In this document: one piece after another, positions 39,074 through 47,480 of the stretch
Layout of the letters: each line of letters opens with the position of its first letter
Position numbering within the stretch: the stretch's first letter is position 1
Assembly: GCA_050261495.1 (NCBI GenBank)
Contig: JBLNDI010000018.1
Span: 386-64,385, forward strand
Source of the DNA: Bacillota bacterium
GTDB taxonomy: Bacteria; Bacillota; Clostridia; Acetivibrionales; DTU013
DNA length: 64,000 nucleotides
Direction: 5' to 3'
Translations under genes and position numbers: made by a program
Notes under the pieces: generated by a model
Seen by the model: only the letters and a program-made list of their open reading frames with translations
The model's database searches: none
What the model was told of the DNA's origin: nothing

Positions 39074-39273
39074 TTGTCATTCTCCCTTGATATTATTATT
39101 TAACGGGCAATAATCCGCCTTCAGGGCGCGAACCCCGGGCGTGCCGGTTCTACGGCCGCGCGGTTGTTTGCCCGGCGACGGTGGCGCTTGAGATTTTTAA
39201 TATGTTAAAATGATTATATCACACGGTTTTGAAAAAAACAGCCGCGTATGGCAGAGTCATACGGCGGAGCCAT

Positions 39274-40236
39274 ATGACAGAATTATGGGATGCAATTGTG
39301 GAAAGGCAGGAATTTATGCTATACAGGGGTTATGATGTAGAAAGCGATATATGTGTTGTGAACAGCCGCGGGAAGCCTGCCGCGGTTAAACGCGTGTTGG
39401 TGCGCGGGATTCGTGATTTTGACCCCGTGCATATTTTCGAGTGCGGGCAATGCTTCAGGTGGAGCAAGGAGCCGGATGGCAGCTATACGGGAGTAGTGCG
39501 CGGGAAAGTGGCCAACGTATCATACGCGCCGGGCATGCTTGTAATTAACAACGCGACAATGGAAGATTTTAAAGATACCTGGTTTGATTATTTCGACCTG
39601 GGAAGGGACTACGGCATGATCAAGAAGGCCGTGATTACCGATGAAATAATGGAAAAAGCCGTCGAATTCGGCAGCGGCATTCGTCTGCTGCGGCAGGAGC
39701 CGTGGGAGGTACTGGTATCATTCATAATCTCGGCGAATAACAGGATATCGAGAATAAAAAGGAATATCCATGATATTTCCAGGCTTTTCGGCGAGGAAAA
39801 GGAGTATGGAGGCAAAAAATACTACTGTTTTCCGGATGCGGAAAAACTGGCGTCGCTGAGCCTTGAGCAGGTAATGGAATGCAGGGCCGGCTACCGGTGC
39901 GAATATATTATCGATACGGCAAGAGCGGCGGCAGCCGGTGAATTTGACCCGGAGAAGCTTGGGAAACTTGATGCGGATGAGGCAAGGAAAGCTTTGAAAC
40001 ACTTTAAGGGAGTAGGAGACAAGGTTGCCGACTGTATCCTGCTTTACAGCGGGACACGGTATGACGTATTCCCGGTGGATGTGTGGGTAAAAAGGGTCAT
40101 GCAGGAATTATATTTCGGACGGGATGTCGGGCTGAACGAGATCCGTATGTTTGCCAGGGACCGTTTCGGCCGGTATGCGGGTTTTGCCCAGCAGTACCTG
40201 TTTTATTACGCCAGGGAACATAAAATCGGCGCTTGA
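39274..40236 (+). CDS. ogg: 8-oxoguanine DNA glycosylase (OGG1-type, HhH-GPD)
   Basis: OGG N-domain (FECGQCFRW) and HhH-GPD with FKGVGDKVADCILLY (catalytic Lys) and PVDVWVKRV (Asp). Confidence 0.85.
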   Translation: MTELWDAIVERQEFMLYRGYDVESDICVVNSRGKPAAVKRVLVRGIRDFDPVHIFECGQCFRWSKEPDGSYTGVVRGKVANVSYAPGMLVINNATMEDFKDTWFDYFDLGRDYGMIKKAVITDEIMEKAVEFGSGIRLLRQEPWEVLVSFIISANNRISRIKRNIHDISRLFGEEKEYGGKKYYCFPDAEKLASLSLEQVMECRAGYRCEYIIDTARAAAAGEFDPEKLGKLDADEARKALKHFKGVGDKVADCILLYSGTRYDVFPVDVWVKRVMQELYFGRDVGLNEIRMFARDRFGRYAGFAQQYLFYYAREHKIGA

Positions 40237-40325
40237 AGCAGCCGGTGTAACATTATGTGTACTGCCGCAATAGTATGGTTATGTAGGGGGAGCCTATATC
40301 CACCAACACCGGGAGCGTGAGGTAC

Positions 40326-40583
40326 ATGGACGGAATCGCAATTGTTGATTCGGGCAATTATGCGCTTAAACTTGCCGCCATACTTGAGAAGAAGGGCTAT
40401 TTTTTTGAAGTGGCGTCAACCCCGTGCCATATAGCCAAAAGCGGCTGCAGCTACTGTCTGAAGTTTCCGCTGGAGTACAAGGATTTGGTGCTGAGAGAAG
40501 CTTTTTTAAACAAAATAGTTATCAGGGAGATTTATAAAATCGAGCCGCAGCTAATGCATAACAACTATATCAAAATATATTGA
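40326..40583 (+). CDS. DUF3343 (putative S/Se carrier-like) small protein
   Basis: 85 aa, with ...NYALKLAAILEKKGYFFEVASTPCHIAKSGCSYCLKF, the DUF3343 pattern with a conserved Cys pair. Confidence 0.65.
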   Translation: MDGIAIVDSGNYALKLAAILEKKGYFFEVASTPCHIAKSGCSYCLKFPLEYKDLVLREAFLNKIVIREIYKIEPQLMHNNYIKIY

Positions 40584-40744
40584 AAAGGAACATGCCGTAA
40601 TGGACAAAAGGCCAGAACTCCGGAGGTGGAAATTATTTCCCATAAAATACCTGACAACACATACTATTCTTTTGAATAACGGCGAAAAACGAAGGCAATT
40701 CGATTATTTCAGTATTTTAGAGGAATAATTTTTATTGCGGTTTA

Positions 40745-40774
40745 TTGCCAAACCATAGCCGGCGATGATATAAT
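40745..40774 (+). promoter_or_regulatory. Promoter of the orphan RNA candidate
   Basis: TTGCCA (40745-40750), 18-nt spacer, TGaTATAAT (TATAAT at 40769-40774). Confidence 0.55.
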
Positions 40775-40780
40775 TTAAGT

Positions 40781-41066
40781 ACGAAAAGCGGTTGGGCAAG
40801 GCGATATACCGCGGTTGTACGCAGGTCACGGACCTGTTGGAAACAGAATAAACCATCCAACCTGAAATGCTCGGATAAACCTATAATTTTGAACCTACAT
40901 CAGACATACGGGAGTCCGGAGTTTGGTAGCAAATATCAGGCCACAAGCTAATTCCGACACACGGCTTGACGTGTGCAACGGCGGTGGAAGATTGGAGTTA
41001 TCAGCAGGACACCCACCTAGCGTAGGGCTAGGTGTCAAAATATAGGGGAACGGCTTTTCGGGTTTA
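40781..41066 (+). ncRNA. Unclassified structured RNA candidate (~285 nt)
   Basis: No ORF longer than 43 codons and no same-strand gene downstream. The 5' end (40782-40793) pairs with the 3' end (41049-41060) at 11 of 12 positions. Long-range helices: 40808-40817 with 40976-40985, and 40861-40868 with 40933-40940. Four local hairpins. Class not recognised. Confidence 0.45.
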
Positions 41067-41110
41067 AAAAAATAAGAGGACGGTCTTTAATGATTGTCCT
41101 CTTTTCTTGC
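41064..41110 (-). terminator. Terminator of the 554-aa gene (bidirectional)
   Basis: AAGAGGAC-(14 nt)-GTCCTCTT. The minus strand is followed by ATTTTTTT and the plus strand by TTCTTGCTTTT. Confidence 0.7.
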
Positions 41111-41112
41111 TT

Positions 41113-42777
41113 TTATTGCGTTTCCTGCCACTCCCTGGGCCCTTCCCATTCTTCCCACTCTTTCATTTTATCAGGATCAACGGAAGAGGGCTTTTGTGAG
41201 GGCTTTCGTTCCGCCGGTTTTGGCTCGTTACCCCGGTTTGTCGATACTTCCGTCTTTGCTGCAAGTCCGTCCACGGCTGATGATGCATCCGTTGACGATG
41301 CGTCCGGGGTTTTGCCGGGTGCAGCCGTATTGCCGCCGCCGGTTTCATCCCCGTATGGGACGGCGCTGTTTCCGGCTCCTGTTTTTTGCTCTTCATTTTG
41401 CCCCGCAGCGTTCTTGTCAATGCGTGCCGCCGCTCTTACGGCGCTGCCGGTTTTTTCAGCCTGCTTCAGCCGGTTTTCAACAATATTCAGGCGTATGCCG
41501 TATTTGTCCACTTCCTTCGCCAATTCCATGTATACGTTGGCCAGGCGGGATATTTCCTTTTTTACCCCGGACAAGCTTTCCCTGATTTCTGCAATGCTTC
41601 CCTGCATTTGCCTGAAGGCGTCATGTACAATACTTCCGGAGTTTCCGTGCAGGGACGCCGCGCCATCGGCATGGCCGCTTCCCGGTGAAAAAGGCTGCGG
41701 GGAAAGCGCGGAAATGTCCCCAAGCGCGTCGGTATTAATGAATGCCAGTTTAAGGCCATATGCAGTGCTGCCTGGGAATATCCCGGGGGAAAGTGAAAAA
41801 GATCCCGGTTTCATGCTTCCTGCCTCGTCGATCCAATTATCCCTGGGGCTGTTGGACTTGTAGCATATGCACTGCAATTGGCGGCCGAATTGTGTCTCGT
41901 ACCTTGAAGGCTTCCCCCAGCCGCCGCCGCGCAACAGGCAGGAGTTGTAATAGATTACGTCGTCCCGCACCCAGTAGATTACTATCCTGTCGCGGATTTG
42001 CAGGATTGACGCGTTATCAAACGAATGAACGGAAGAATGAATGATTGTTTCCGCGGACCACAGATTCCTGCCGGGAGCTTTTTGCTGGTATACCATCTCG
42101 AAAAGCCTTTGGGAACGCCTCTGGTAGCATAAATGAATCGTGCCGCCCGTATCGATGATTGCATGGGGATACTCGCAGTTGCCCGCATATTTTGTGACAA
42201 GTGTGAAATCGCTCCAGTACCTTGACGCGGTATTGAATTTCTTGTACCCGAGCTGCAGGTATTTTCCGTCATAAGACTGGTAAAATGCGTAAAGGTTGTC
42301 GTCCGGGTCGTATACAATGGAACAGGGCAGGCTGCTTCCCGATACATAGTCGACCACTTTCGGAGTCTCCATCCCGGTGCTGCCGAATACCTGGTATGCA
42401 AGCATGAAAGAATTGTCATGCTGCAATACGTAAAAGAGAAGGATGTTGTTTTTTAACGGCGCTATGAAAAGATGCTTGTCATAAGCCGAAGGTATTCTGC
42501 TTTTTAGTACCGGGGTTGTTTTCAGCGATTGGCCGTCAAGCCTGGAGTAATATATGTTGCCGTTGTTGTCCTGCAACAGGAGATGATATACGTTGTCACG
42601 GTCCATTTCGGCATAAAATCCGCGGTAAACGTTCTTGTGGAGGACAATGGCGTTGCTCCATGCACCCCTGGCGGACATAACCTTCAAACACAGGTTTTGC
42701 ATTTCATCATGGAAAAAGCTGCACATTTCTCCGCCGGATTGCCGGAATATGAATTGCTTGTTTATCAGATTGAACAT
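41113..42777 (-). CDS. Large uncharacterised protein: beta-rich repeat N-domain, coiled coil, Pro/Ser/Ala-rich tail
   Basis: 554-aa ORF. The N-terminal ~330 aa has recurring strand-like motifs (IYYSRLDG, LYAFYQSYDG, IHLCYQRR, VIYWVRDDVIYY). Then a coiled-coil segment and an acidic, Trp-rich C-terminus (KMKEWEEWEGPREWQETQ). Confidence 0.6.
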   Translation of the reverse strand: MFNLINKQFIFRQSGGEMCSFFHDEMQNLCLKVMSARGAWSNAIVLHKNVYRGFYAEMDRDNVYHLLLQDNNGNIYYSRLDGQSLKTTPVLKSRIPSAYDKHLFIAPLKNNILLFYVLQHDNSFMLAYQVFGSTGMETPKVVDYVSGSSLPCSIVYDPDDNLYAFYQSYDGKYLQLGYKKFNTASRYWSDFTLVTKYAGNCEYPHAIIDTGGTIHLCYQRRSQRLFEMVYQQKAPGRNLWSAETIIHSSVHSFDNASILQIRDRIVIYWVRDDVIYYNSCLLRGGGWGKPSRYETQFGRQLQCICYKSNSPRDNWIDEAGSMKPGSFSLSPGIFPGSTAYGLKLAFINTDALGDISALSPQPFSPGSGHADGAASLHGNSGSIVHDAFRQMQGSIAEIRESLSGVKKEISRLANVYMELAKEVDKYGIRLNIVENRLKQAEKTGSAVRAAARIDKNAAGQNEEQKTGAGNSAVPYGDETGGGNTAAPGKTPDASSTDASSAVDGLAAKTEVSTNRGNEPKPAERKPSQKPSSVDPDKMKEWEEWEGPREWQETQ

Positions 42778-42982
42778 AATTTATAATACCTGCATTTCTT
42801 TCTGTCGTTCTAAATTATATATATGACGGCAGATGCAAATTTTATTGCTTTAAGATTTTGTATTTAAAATTCGGCGCAAAACGTAAAGTTACGTAAAATA
42901 TCACAAAAATCCGATTGCAACATATTATGAAAATGAGAGGGAAATCAAATTTATATAGCTTTAAATGAAGGGGGATTTAGAT

Positions 42983-43891
42983 ATGAGCTATAATCACGAA
43001 AAAGTGCTTCCGGGCAATATCTGCGAAAAAGACTTATGCAAAATCAAGGAAGCAGTTTGTATACAGGTAGAGAAGATTTACGACTCCTGCAAGGAAAAAG
43101 ACTGCATTGAGGATGCCAAGGTATTTTTCAAGAACCCCGATAAAATGGACTGGATAATATGCCACGCCATCAATGTGAAAGCCAGGCGAGCCGAGGTTGT
43201 AAAGGTATTCTCCGATGTGGAAGAGGTACCGTTCAAGAGGGGTTTTTTCACCGTAGACATCAAGTTCTTTATCAAGGTCGAACTGGACTTTTTCGTACCC
43301 AAGCAAAATGGCGGCATCAAGATTATTACCGTACCGGGCATCGTGCTGTTTGACAAAAAGGTCATACTGTTCGGTTCCGAAGGCAATGTTAAAATATTCA
43401 GATCCCATTTTGTAGACAAGGGTCTCGACAACCAGGGTGATTCAGCGCTGCAGCAGGATAATCTTCCCATCTCCAAGGTTGAGGTAGCGGAACCAATCAC
43501 ATTGGGAGCGAAAATTGTTGATGTGCTTGAAAATATTTGCGACAGCGGTTGTGACAGGAACATGCCGAAAAGTGTCAGCGACCTGATTGACGATGTTGAT
43601 TTTGATGAAACGGACATAGTTGTCGGAGATTCGAGGCATCTTCAGATTAAGAGGCAGGTTGTGGTGACAATTGGGCTTTTCTCCATTATCAAGCTTGCAA
43701 GAATGGTACAATTGCTGATACCTGCTTTCGACTTCTGCGTTCCGAAAAAGAAGTGCATTGCCGCGACCGAGGAGGAGCCATGCAAACTGTTTGACACGAT
43801 CGACTTTCCGATAGACGAATTCTTCCCGCCCCAAAAAGTAGATTTCCCCGGTGCGATAGAAGAAGAAAGAACGATGACAAATGATGAATAA
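42983..43891 (+). CDS. Uncharacterised protein with Cys-rich N-terminus
   Basis: ATG at 42983, 8 nt after AAGGGGG. Five Cys within the first ~45 aa (NICEKDLCKIKEAVCIQVEKIYDSCKEKDC). Divergent from the 554-aa gene. Confidence 0.6.
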   Translation: MSYNHEKVLPGNICEKDLCKIKEAVCIQVEKIYDSCKEKDCIEDAKVFFKNPDKMDWIICHAINVKARRAEVVKVFSDVEEVPFKRGFFTVDIKFFIKVELDFFVPKQNGGIKIITVPGIVLFDKKVILFGSEGNVKIFRSHFVDKGLDNQGDSALQQDNLPISKVEVAEPITLGAKIVDVLENICDSGCDRNMPKSVSDLIDDVDFDETDIVVGDSRHLQIKRQVVVTIGLFSIIKLARMVQLLIPAFDFCVPKKKCIAATEEEPCKLFDTIDFPIDEFFPPQKVDFPGAIEEERTMTNDE

Positions 43892-43908
43892 TATGCACGG
43901 AAGTACAT

Positions 43909-43939
43909 AAAGGGATGGCGCCGCCATCCCTTTATTTTT
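43909..43939 (+). terminator. Rho-independent terminator (bidirectional)
   Basis: AAAGGGATGGCG-CCGCCATCCCTTT, followed by ATTTTT. Confidence 0.8.
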
Positions 43940-44040
43940 GCCGTATGCATGCCGCCCGCGATATGCGCATGTTTGCCGGCGCGAGCCTGCGCCGGCATGC
44001 GGGAACCGGTTGGCGCCCGCGCTGATTTAGCGGTTTTCGG

Positions 44041-44406
44041 CTACATGGTTTTGCCAGGTATCAAAAGGTTTATGATGCCATAAACAATGGCGCCGAGTAT
44101 TGCGCCGAATACAGTTACGTTATAACCTGGCACAATAAATTTGACGACATAAATTATTACAGCAGCAACAATAAAGCTTGTCAGTCCCCTGCCAAAAGGA
44201 GTAGCGTCAATACCGAGCACTCTTTGTACGAGATAGTCCAGGACAGCGATAACGGCTGCAGCTATAATCAGCGACCAGATGTCCGATATGCTGAACCCAG
44301 GCGTGAGAAACGCTGTTACGGCAAGTACTATTGCCCCGACCAGCCACCTGATTACGAACTGCCCGAAATTGAAACGCTGCGTTGTTTTTTCAACATTTTC
44401 AGCCAA
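44041..44406 (-). CDS. Small 4-TM membrane protein (YvlD/holin-4_2-like or YndM-like)
   Basis: 121 aa, four hydrophobic helices. The family assignment is tentative. Confidence 0.5.
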   Translation of the reverse strand: MAENVEKTTQRFNFGQFVIRWLVGAIVLAVTAFLTPGFSISDIWSLIIAAAVIAVLDYLVQRVLGIDATPFGRGLTSFIVAAVIIYVVKFIVPGYNVTVFGAILGAIVYGIINLLIPGKTM

Positions 44407-44585
44407 TCATATCACTTCCTTTCAAAGGATATAATGAAAATGCAAATTGTCGTCAATACTATTATTCATTCGGAAAGTTATGTTTATGCAGTTTTGATAA
44501 TCTTATTTGTTTACTTTATAGCAAATATCTGATAAAATAAATAAAATATTAAAACAAGATAAATTGTATTGAAATCAGTTGAAAA

Positions 44586-44824
44586 GGCGATGACCCGGGA
44601 GAGTAACCCGCACAATAGCCTAAGAGAGATTCCGTCACCGGCTGAAAGCGGAATCGGTGAATTGGCGGACGAAGTGCCCCGTGCGAGCCGGGAGCCTGAA
44701 TCAAGTAAGGCTTCACGGAGACTGCTCCGTTATGCATACGAGATTGGCAACCCGAAGCTTGTTGCCGAATCAGAGTGGAACCGCGGGATACTTCGCCTCT
44801 GTAAGAGAGACGAAGTATTTTTTG
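44586..44824 (+). promoter_or_regulatory. T-box leader upstream of cysE-cysS
   Basis: GCGAUGA K-turn, GGGAGAGUA, and an AG-bulge UAAGAGAGA. T-box sequence AAUCAGAGUGGAACCGCGGGA (44768-44788). Terminator ATACTTCG-(15 nt)-CGAAGTAT plus TTTTT (44788-44824). UGC triplets occur in the candidate specifier region. Confidence 0.85.
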
Positions 44825-44846
44825 TGTTGGAGGGGAAGATTATTCC

Positions 44847-45545
44847 ATGTTTAGAGGATTGCTAAGCGATGCAAGATCAATAGCGAAAAGAGATCCTGCC
44901 GCGAAAAGCACACTGGAGGTATTTTTACTGTATTCGGGCTTTCATGCGCTTATTTACCACCGCATAGCCCATTGGCTGTACAAGAGGAAACTGTTTTTCC
45001 TGGCAAGGGTGGTATCGCAGTATTCACGTTTCATGACCGGAATCGAGATACACCCTGGCGCCGTGATAGGCCGCGGTTTGTTCATAGATCACGGCATGGG
45101 CGTCGTAATCGGGGAAACTGCCGTAATAGGCGATAATTGCACCATATATCACGGCGTTACGCTGGGAGGCACCGGCAAGGAAAAGGGGAAAAGGCATCCC
45201 ACCATAGGAAACAATGTCCTTATCGGCGCAGGCGCAATACTGTTGGGGCCCATTGTCGTAGGCGACAATGCGATGATAGGCGCCGGCTCGGTTGTCGTGG
45301 ACAATGTCGAGCCGGACACGACTGTTACGGGGCCTAAAGCGCGCGTTGTAAGACGCGGCGGCAGAAAGATCGCGCCGTCCTTCGAGCTGGACCAGGTGCG
45401 CATGCCGGATCCCGTTTCACAGGAACTGTGCAAGCTCCAGGTACGTATCGAACGGCTTGAGGCGGCAATGCGCGGCGAACAGCTGTCTTATGACGAAGAA
45501 GATAAATGCGGCAAAAACAAGAAGACGACGGAGGAGGAAACATGA
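44847..45545 (+). CDS. cysE: Serine O-acetyltransferase
   Basis: SATase N-domain and hexapeptide repeats ([29 protein letters not shown]). Confidence 0.9.
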   Translation: MFRGLLSDARSIAKRDPAAKSTLEVFLLYSGFHALIYHRIAHWLYKRKLFFLARVVSQYSRFMTGIEIHPGAVIGRGLFIDHGMGVVIGETAVIGDNCTIYHGVTLGGTGKEKGKRHPTIGNNVLIGAGAILLGPIVVGDNAMIGAGSVVVDNVEPDTTVTGPKARVVRRGGRKIAPSFELDQVRMPDPVSQELCKLQVRIERLEAAMRGEQLSYDEEDKCGKNKKTTEEET

Positions 45546-46939
45546 AGCTGTACAACACGCTTACAAGGCGGAAGGAAGAATTTGTGCCGGTAAAGGAAGG
45601 CGTCGCAAGCATATATTCGTGCGGGCCGACAGTTTACCAGCATGCGCATATCGGCAACATGAGGGCATACATTTTCATGGATACATTGAGAAGAGTGCTT
45701 AGGTATAACGGCTATAAGCTCAAGCATGTGATGAACATTACGGACGTGGGCCACCTGGTGTCAGACGCGGACGAGGGAGAAGACAAGATGGTAAAGACAG
45801 CCAGGCAGGCGCAAAAGACGCCGTGGGAAATCGCGGAGCATTATACCGGCCTTTTTATGAGCGACATCGCGGAGCTGAACATAGAAAAACCCGAGTACAT
45901 CCCGAAAGCCACGGAGCATATAAACGAGATGATCGAATTTGTAAAAGCGTTGGTTGAAAAGGGATATGGCTACGAAACGAGTGACGGCATCTATTTTGAT
46001 ATAAAGAAGTTCAAAGGGTATGGAAAACTTTCAGGACTTGACCTTGAAGGACAGATAGCGGGGGCGAGGATCGGCGTCAATGAGGAGAAGAGGCATCCTG
46101 CTGACTTCGCGTTGTGGAAAAAAGCGCCGAAGGAGCATATTATGCAGTGGCCGAGCCCCTGGGGAATGGGATACCCTGGCTGGCACATAGAATGCTCCGC
46201 CATGGGCATGAAGTACCTTGGAGATGAATTTGACATTCACACCGGCGGCGTGGATCACATACCCGTGCATCACGAGAATGAGATAGCGCAAACCGAGGCG
46301 CTCCTAGGCAGACCTGCCGTGCGCTTCTGGCTTCACAGCGAGTTTCTGCTGGTAGACAACGGGAAAATGTCAAAAAGCCTTGGAAATACCTATACTATTC
46401 CCGATTTGAAGGAAAAGGGCTTTAACCCGCTTGCGTACAGGTACATGTGCCTGAATGCCAACTACAGGAGCAAGCTCAATTTCACGTGGGAAGCCATGAA
46501 AGCGGCCCAGGTCGCGTATGACAGGCTCCTGGAGGGCGTAGCCTCGCATAAAAACGCACAGGAAGGGGTAAAGCCGGATCCTGCCTTGATTGAATCATTC
46601 GAAAGGGATTTCAGGGAAGCCGTGAATGACGATCTTAACATACCCAGGGCTATAGGCGTGGTATGGAATATAGCCAGGCATGAAACGAAATCCCGCGATT
46701 TTTACAATTTGCTGCTGAGAATGGATGAAATCCTTGGGCTGGATTTTGCGAAGGCCGGAGAGAAACCCTTTTCCGCAGAACAACCGCTTGACCCCGAAAT
46801 AGAGTCGCTTATAAACCAGCGGCAGCAGGCCAGGAAGGAGAAAAACTGGAAGCTGGCCGACGAAATCAGGGACCGTCTGAAAAGCATGGGCATTTACCTT
46901 GAGGATACCCCTCAGGGCGTAAAAGTAATCCGGAAGTAA
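45542..46939 (+). CDS. cysS: Cysteine--tRNA ligase
   Basis: [15 protein letters not shown]-terminus, HIGN and KMSKS class-I motifs. ATGA overlap with the cysE stop codon. Confidence 0.93.
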   Translation: MKLYNTLTRRKEEFVPVKEGVASIYSCGPTVYQHAHIGNMRAYIFMDTLRRVLRYNGYKLKHVMNITDVGHLVSDADEGEDKMVKTARQAQKTPWEIAEHYTGLFMSDIAELNIEKPEYIPKATEHINEMIEFVKALVEKGYGYETSDGIYFDIKKFKGYGKLSGLDLEGQIAGARIGVNEEKRHPADFALWKKAPKEHIMQWPSPWGMGYPGWHIECSAMGMKYLGDEFDIHTGGVDHIPVHHENEIAQTEALLGRPAVRFWLHSEFLLVDNGKMSKSLGNTYTIPDLKEKGFNPLAYRYMCLNANYRSKLNFTWEAMKAAQVAYDRLLEGVASHKNAQEGVKPDPALIESFERDFREAVNDDLNIPRAIGVVWNIARHETKSRDFYNLLLRMDEILGLDFAKAGEKPFSAEQPLDPEIESLINQRQQARKEKNWKLADEIRDRLKSMGIYLEDTPQGVKVIRK

Positions 46940-47324
46940 CTTTTTATGCGCATCTTAATATACTGATTATGTAAATGAAATTTATTATGATAGGATGTGC
47001 ATATATATGGAAATGAACGTCATCAAGTGGGATGATAGCATGGCCGAAAGATGTGTCGAAAGAATCCGGAGAGGTTATGTGCCCAGTTATATACACCAAG
47101 AAAATAACCTCAACAGGTCGTTCCAGGCGGGAGAATGGGACGATTTCAAATCAGTTATCGACAAATCGCTTAATAAAAAGAAAAAGTGACGAAACAACAA
47201 AGGATACAAAGCTCATTAAGAATAATTTAAGCCGGGAAAAGAGACTAAAATCACGAAAGGATAAAACATGAAAAGGAGTATAGGCAGAATGCGGAAATAC
47301 CTGCTTATACTCTTTATATTTATG

Positions 47325-47480
47325 TCACGTTATGTTATACGGTGTTTCAGACAGCGTTTCAGCCGGAGGCGCGAGGAGTTTTAGGCATATCACGCTGCGG
47401 CCGGACTCAAGCAGCCTGTCGCATGCGTGCGAGCCTGTGAAACCTGCTCCGCCTGTTACCAGTATGGGATTTACGCTCAT
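47325..47480 (-). pseudogene. Truncated N-terminal fragment of an NAD-dependent epimerase/dehydratase (UDP-glucuronate decarboxylase-like)
   Basis: My own translation is [33 protein letters not shown], then unrelated residues, with a stop after 51 aa. The Rossmann TGGAGFxGSH motif is intact. The ATG overlaps the ugd stop codon (ATGA). About 270 aa of the expected protein are missing. Confidence 0.7.

Noticed and set aside
40600-40728. 42-codon ORF (MDKRPELRRWKLFPIKYL...) downstream of the DUF3343 gene
   Set aside because: Weak SD, no recognisable motif, and it lies upstream of the RNA-candidate promoter. There is insufficient evidence to call it a gene.
40781-41066. Possibility that the structured RNA candidate is SRP RNA, RNase P RNA, tmRNA, 6S RNA, a T-box or a common riboswitch
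   Set aside because: Each class lacks its expected signature here:
- No GGAAGCAGC-type SRP helix-8 motif.
- No GAGGAAAGUCC RNase P P4 motif.
- No tRNA-like GGUUCGAAUCC or CCA end, or tag ORF, for tmRNA.
- Not rod-like, and too long for 6S.
- No T-box sequence, and no downstream gene to regulate.

It is kept as an unclassified candidate instead.
44041-44406. Holin-like membrane protein as evidence of a prophage
   Set aside because: No endolysin, terminase, capsid, integrase or other phage genes are nearby. The neighbours are chromosomal (T-box cysES, spore-type genes). The family also includes non-phage YvlD/YndM-type proteins.
46995-47189. 60-64-aa ORF (…MEMNVIKWDDSMAERCVERIRRGYVPSY…KKKK) after cysS
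   Set aside because: No clear SD and no family resemblance. It lies in the AT-rich filler that replaced the missing part of the uxs-like gene. It is mentioned under that finding but not called as a feature.
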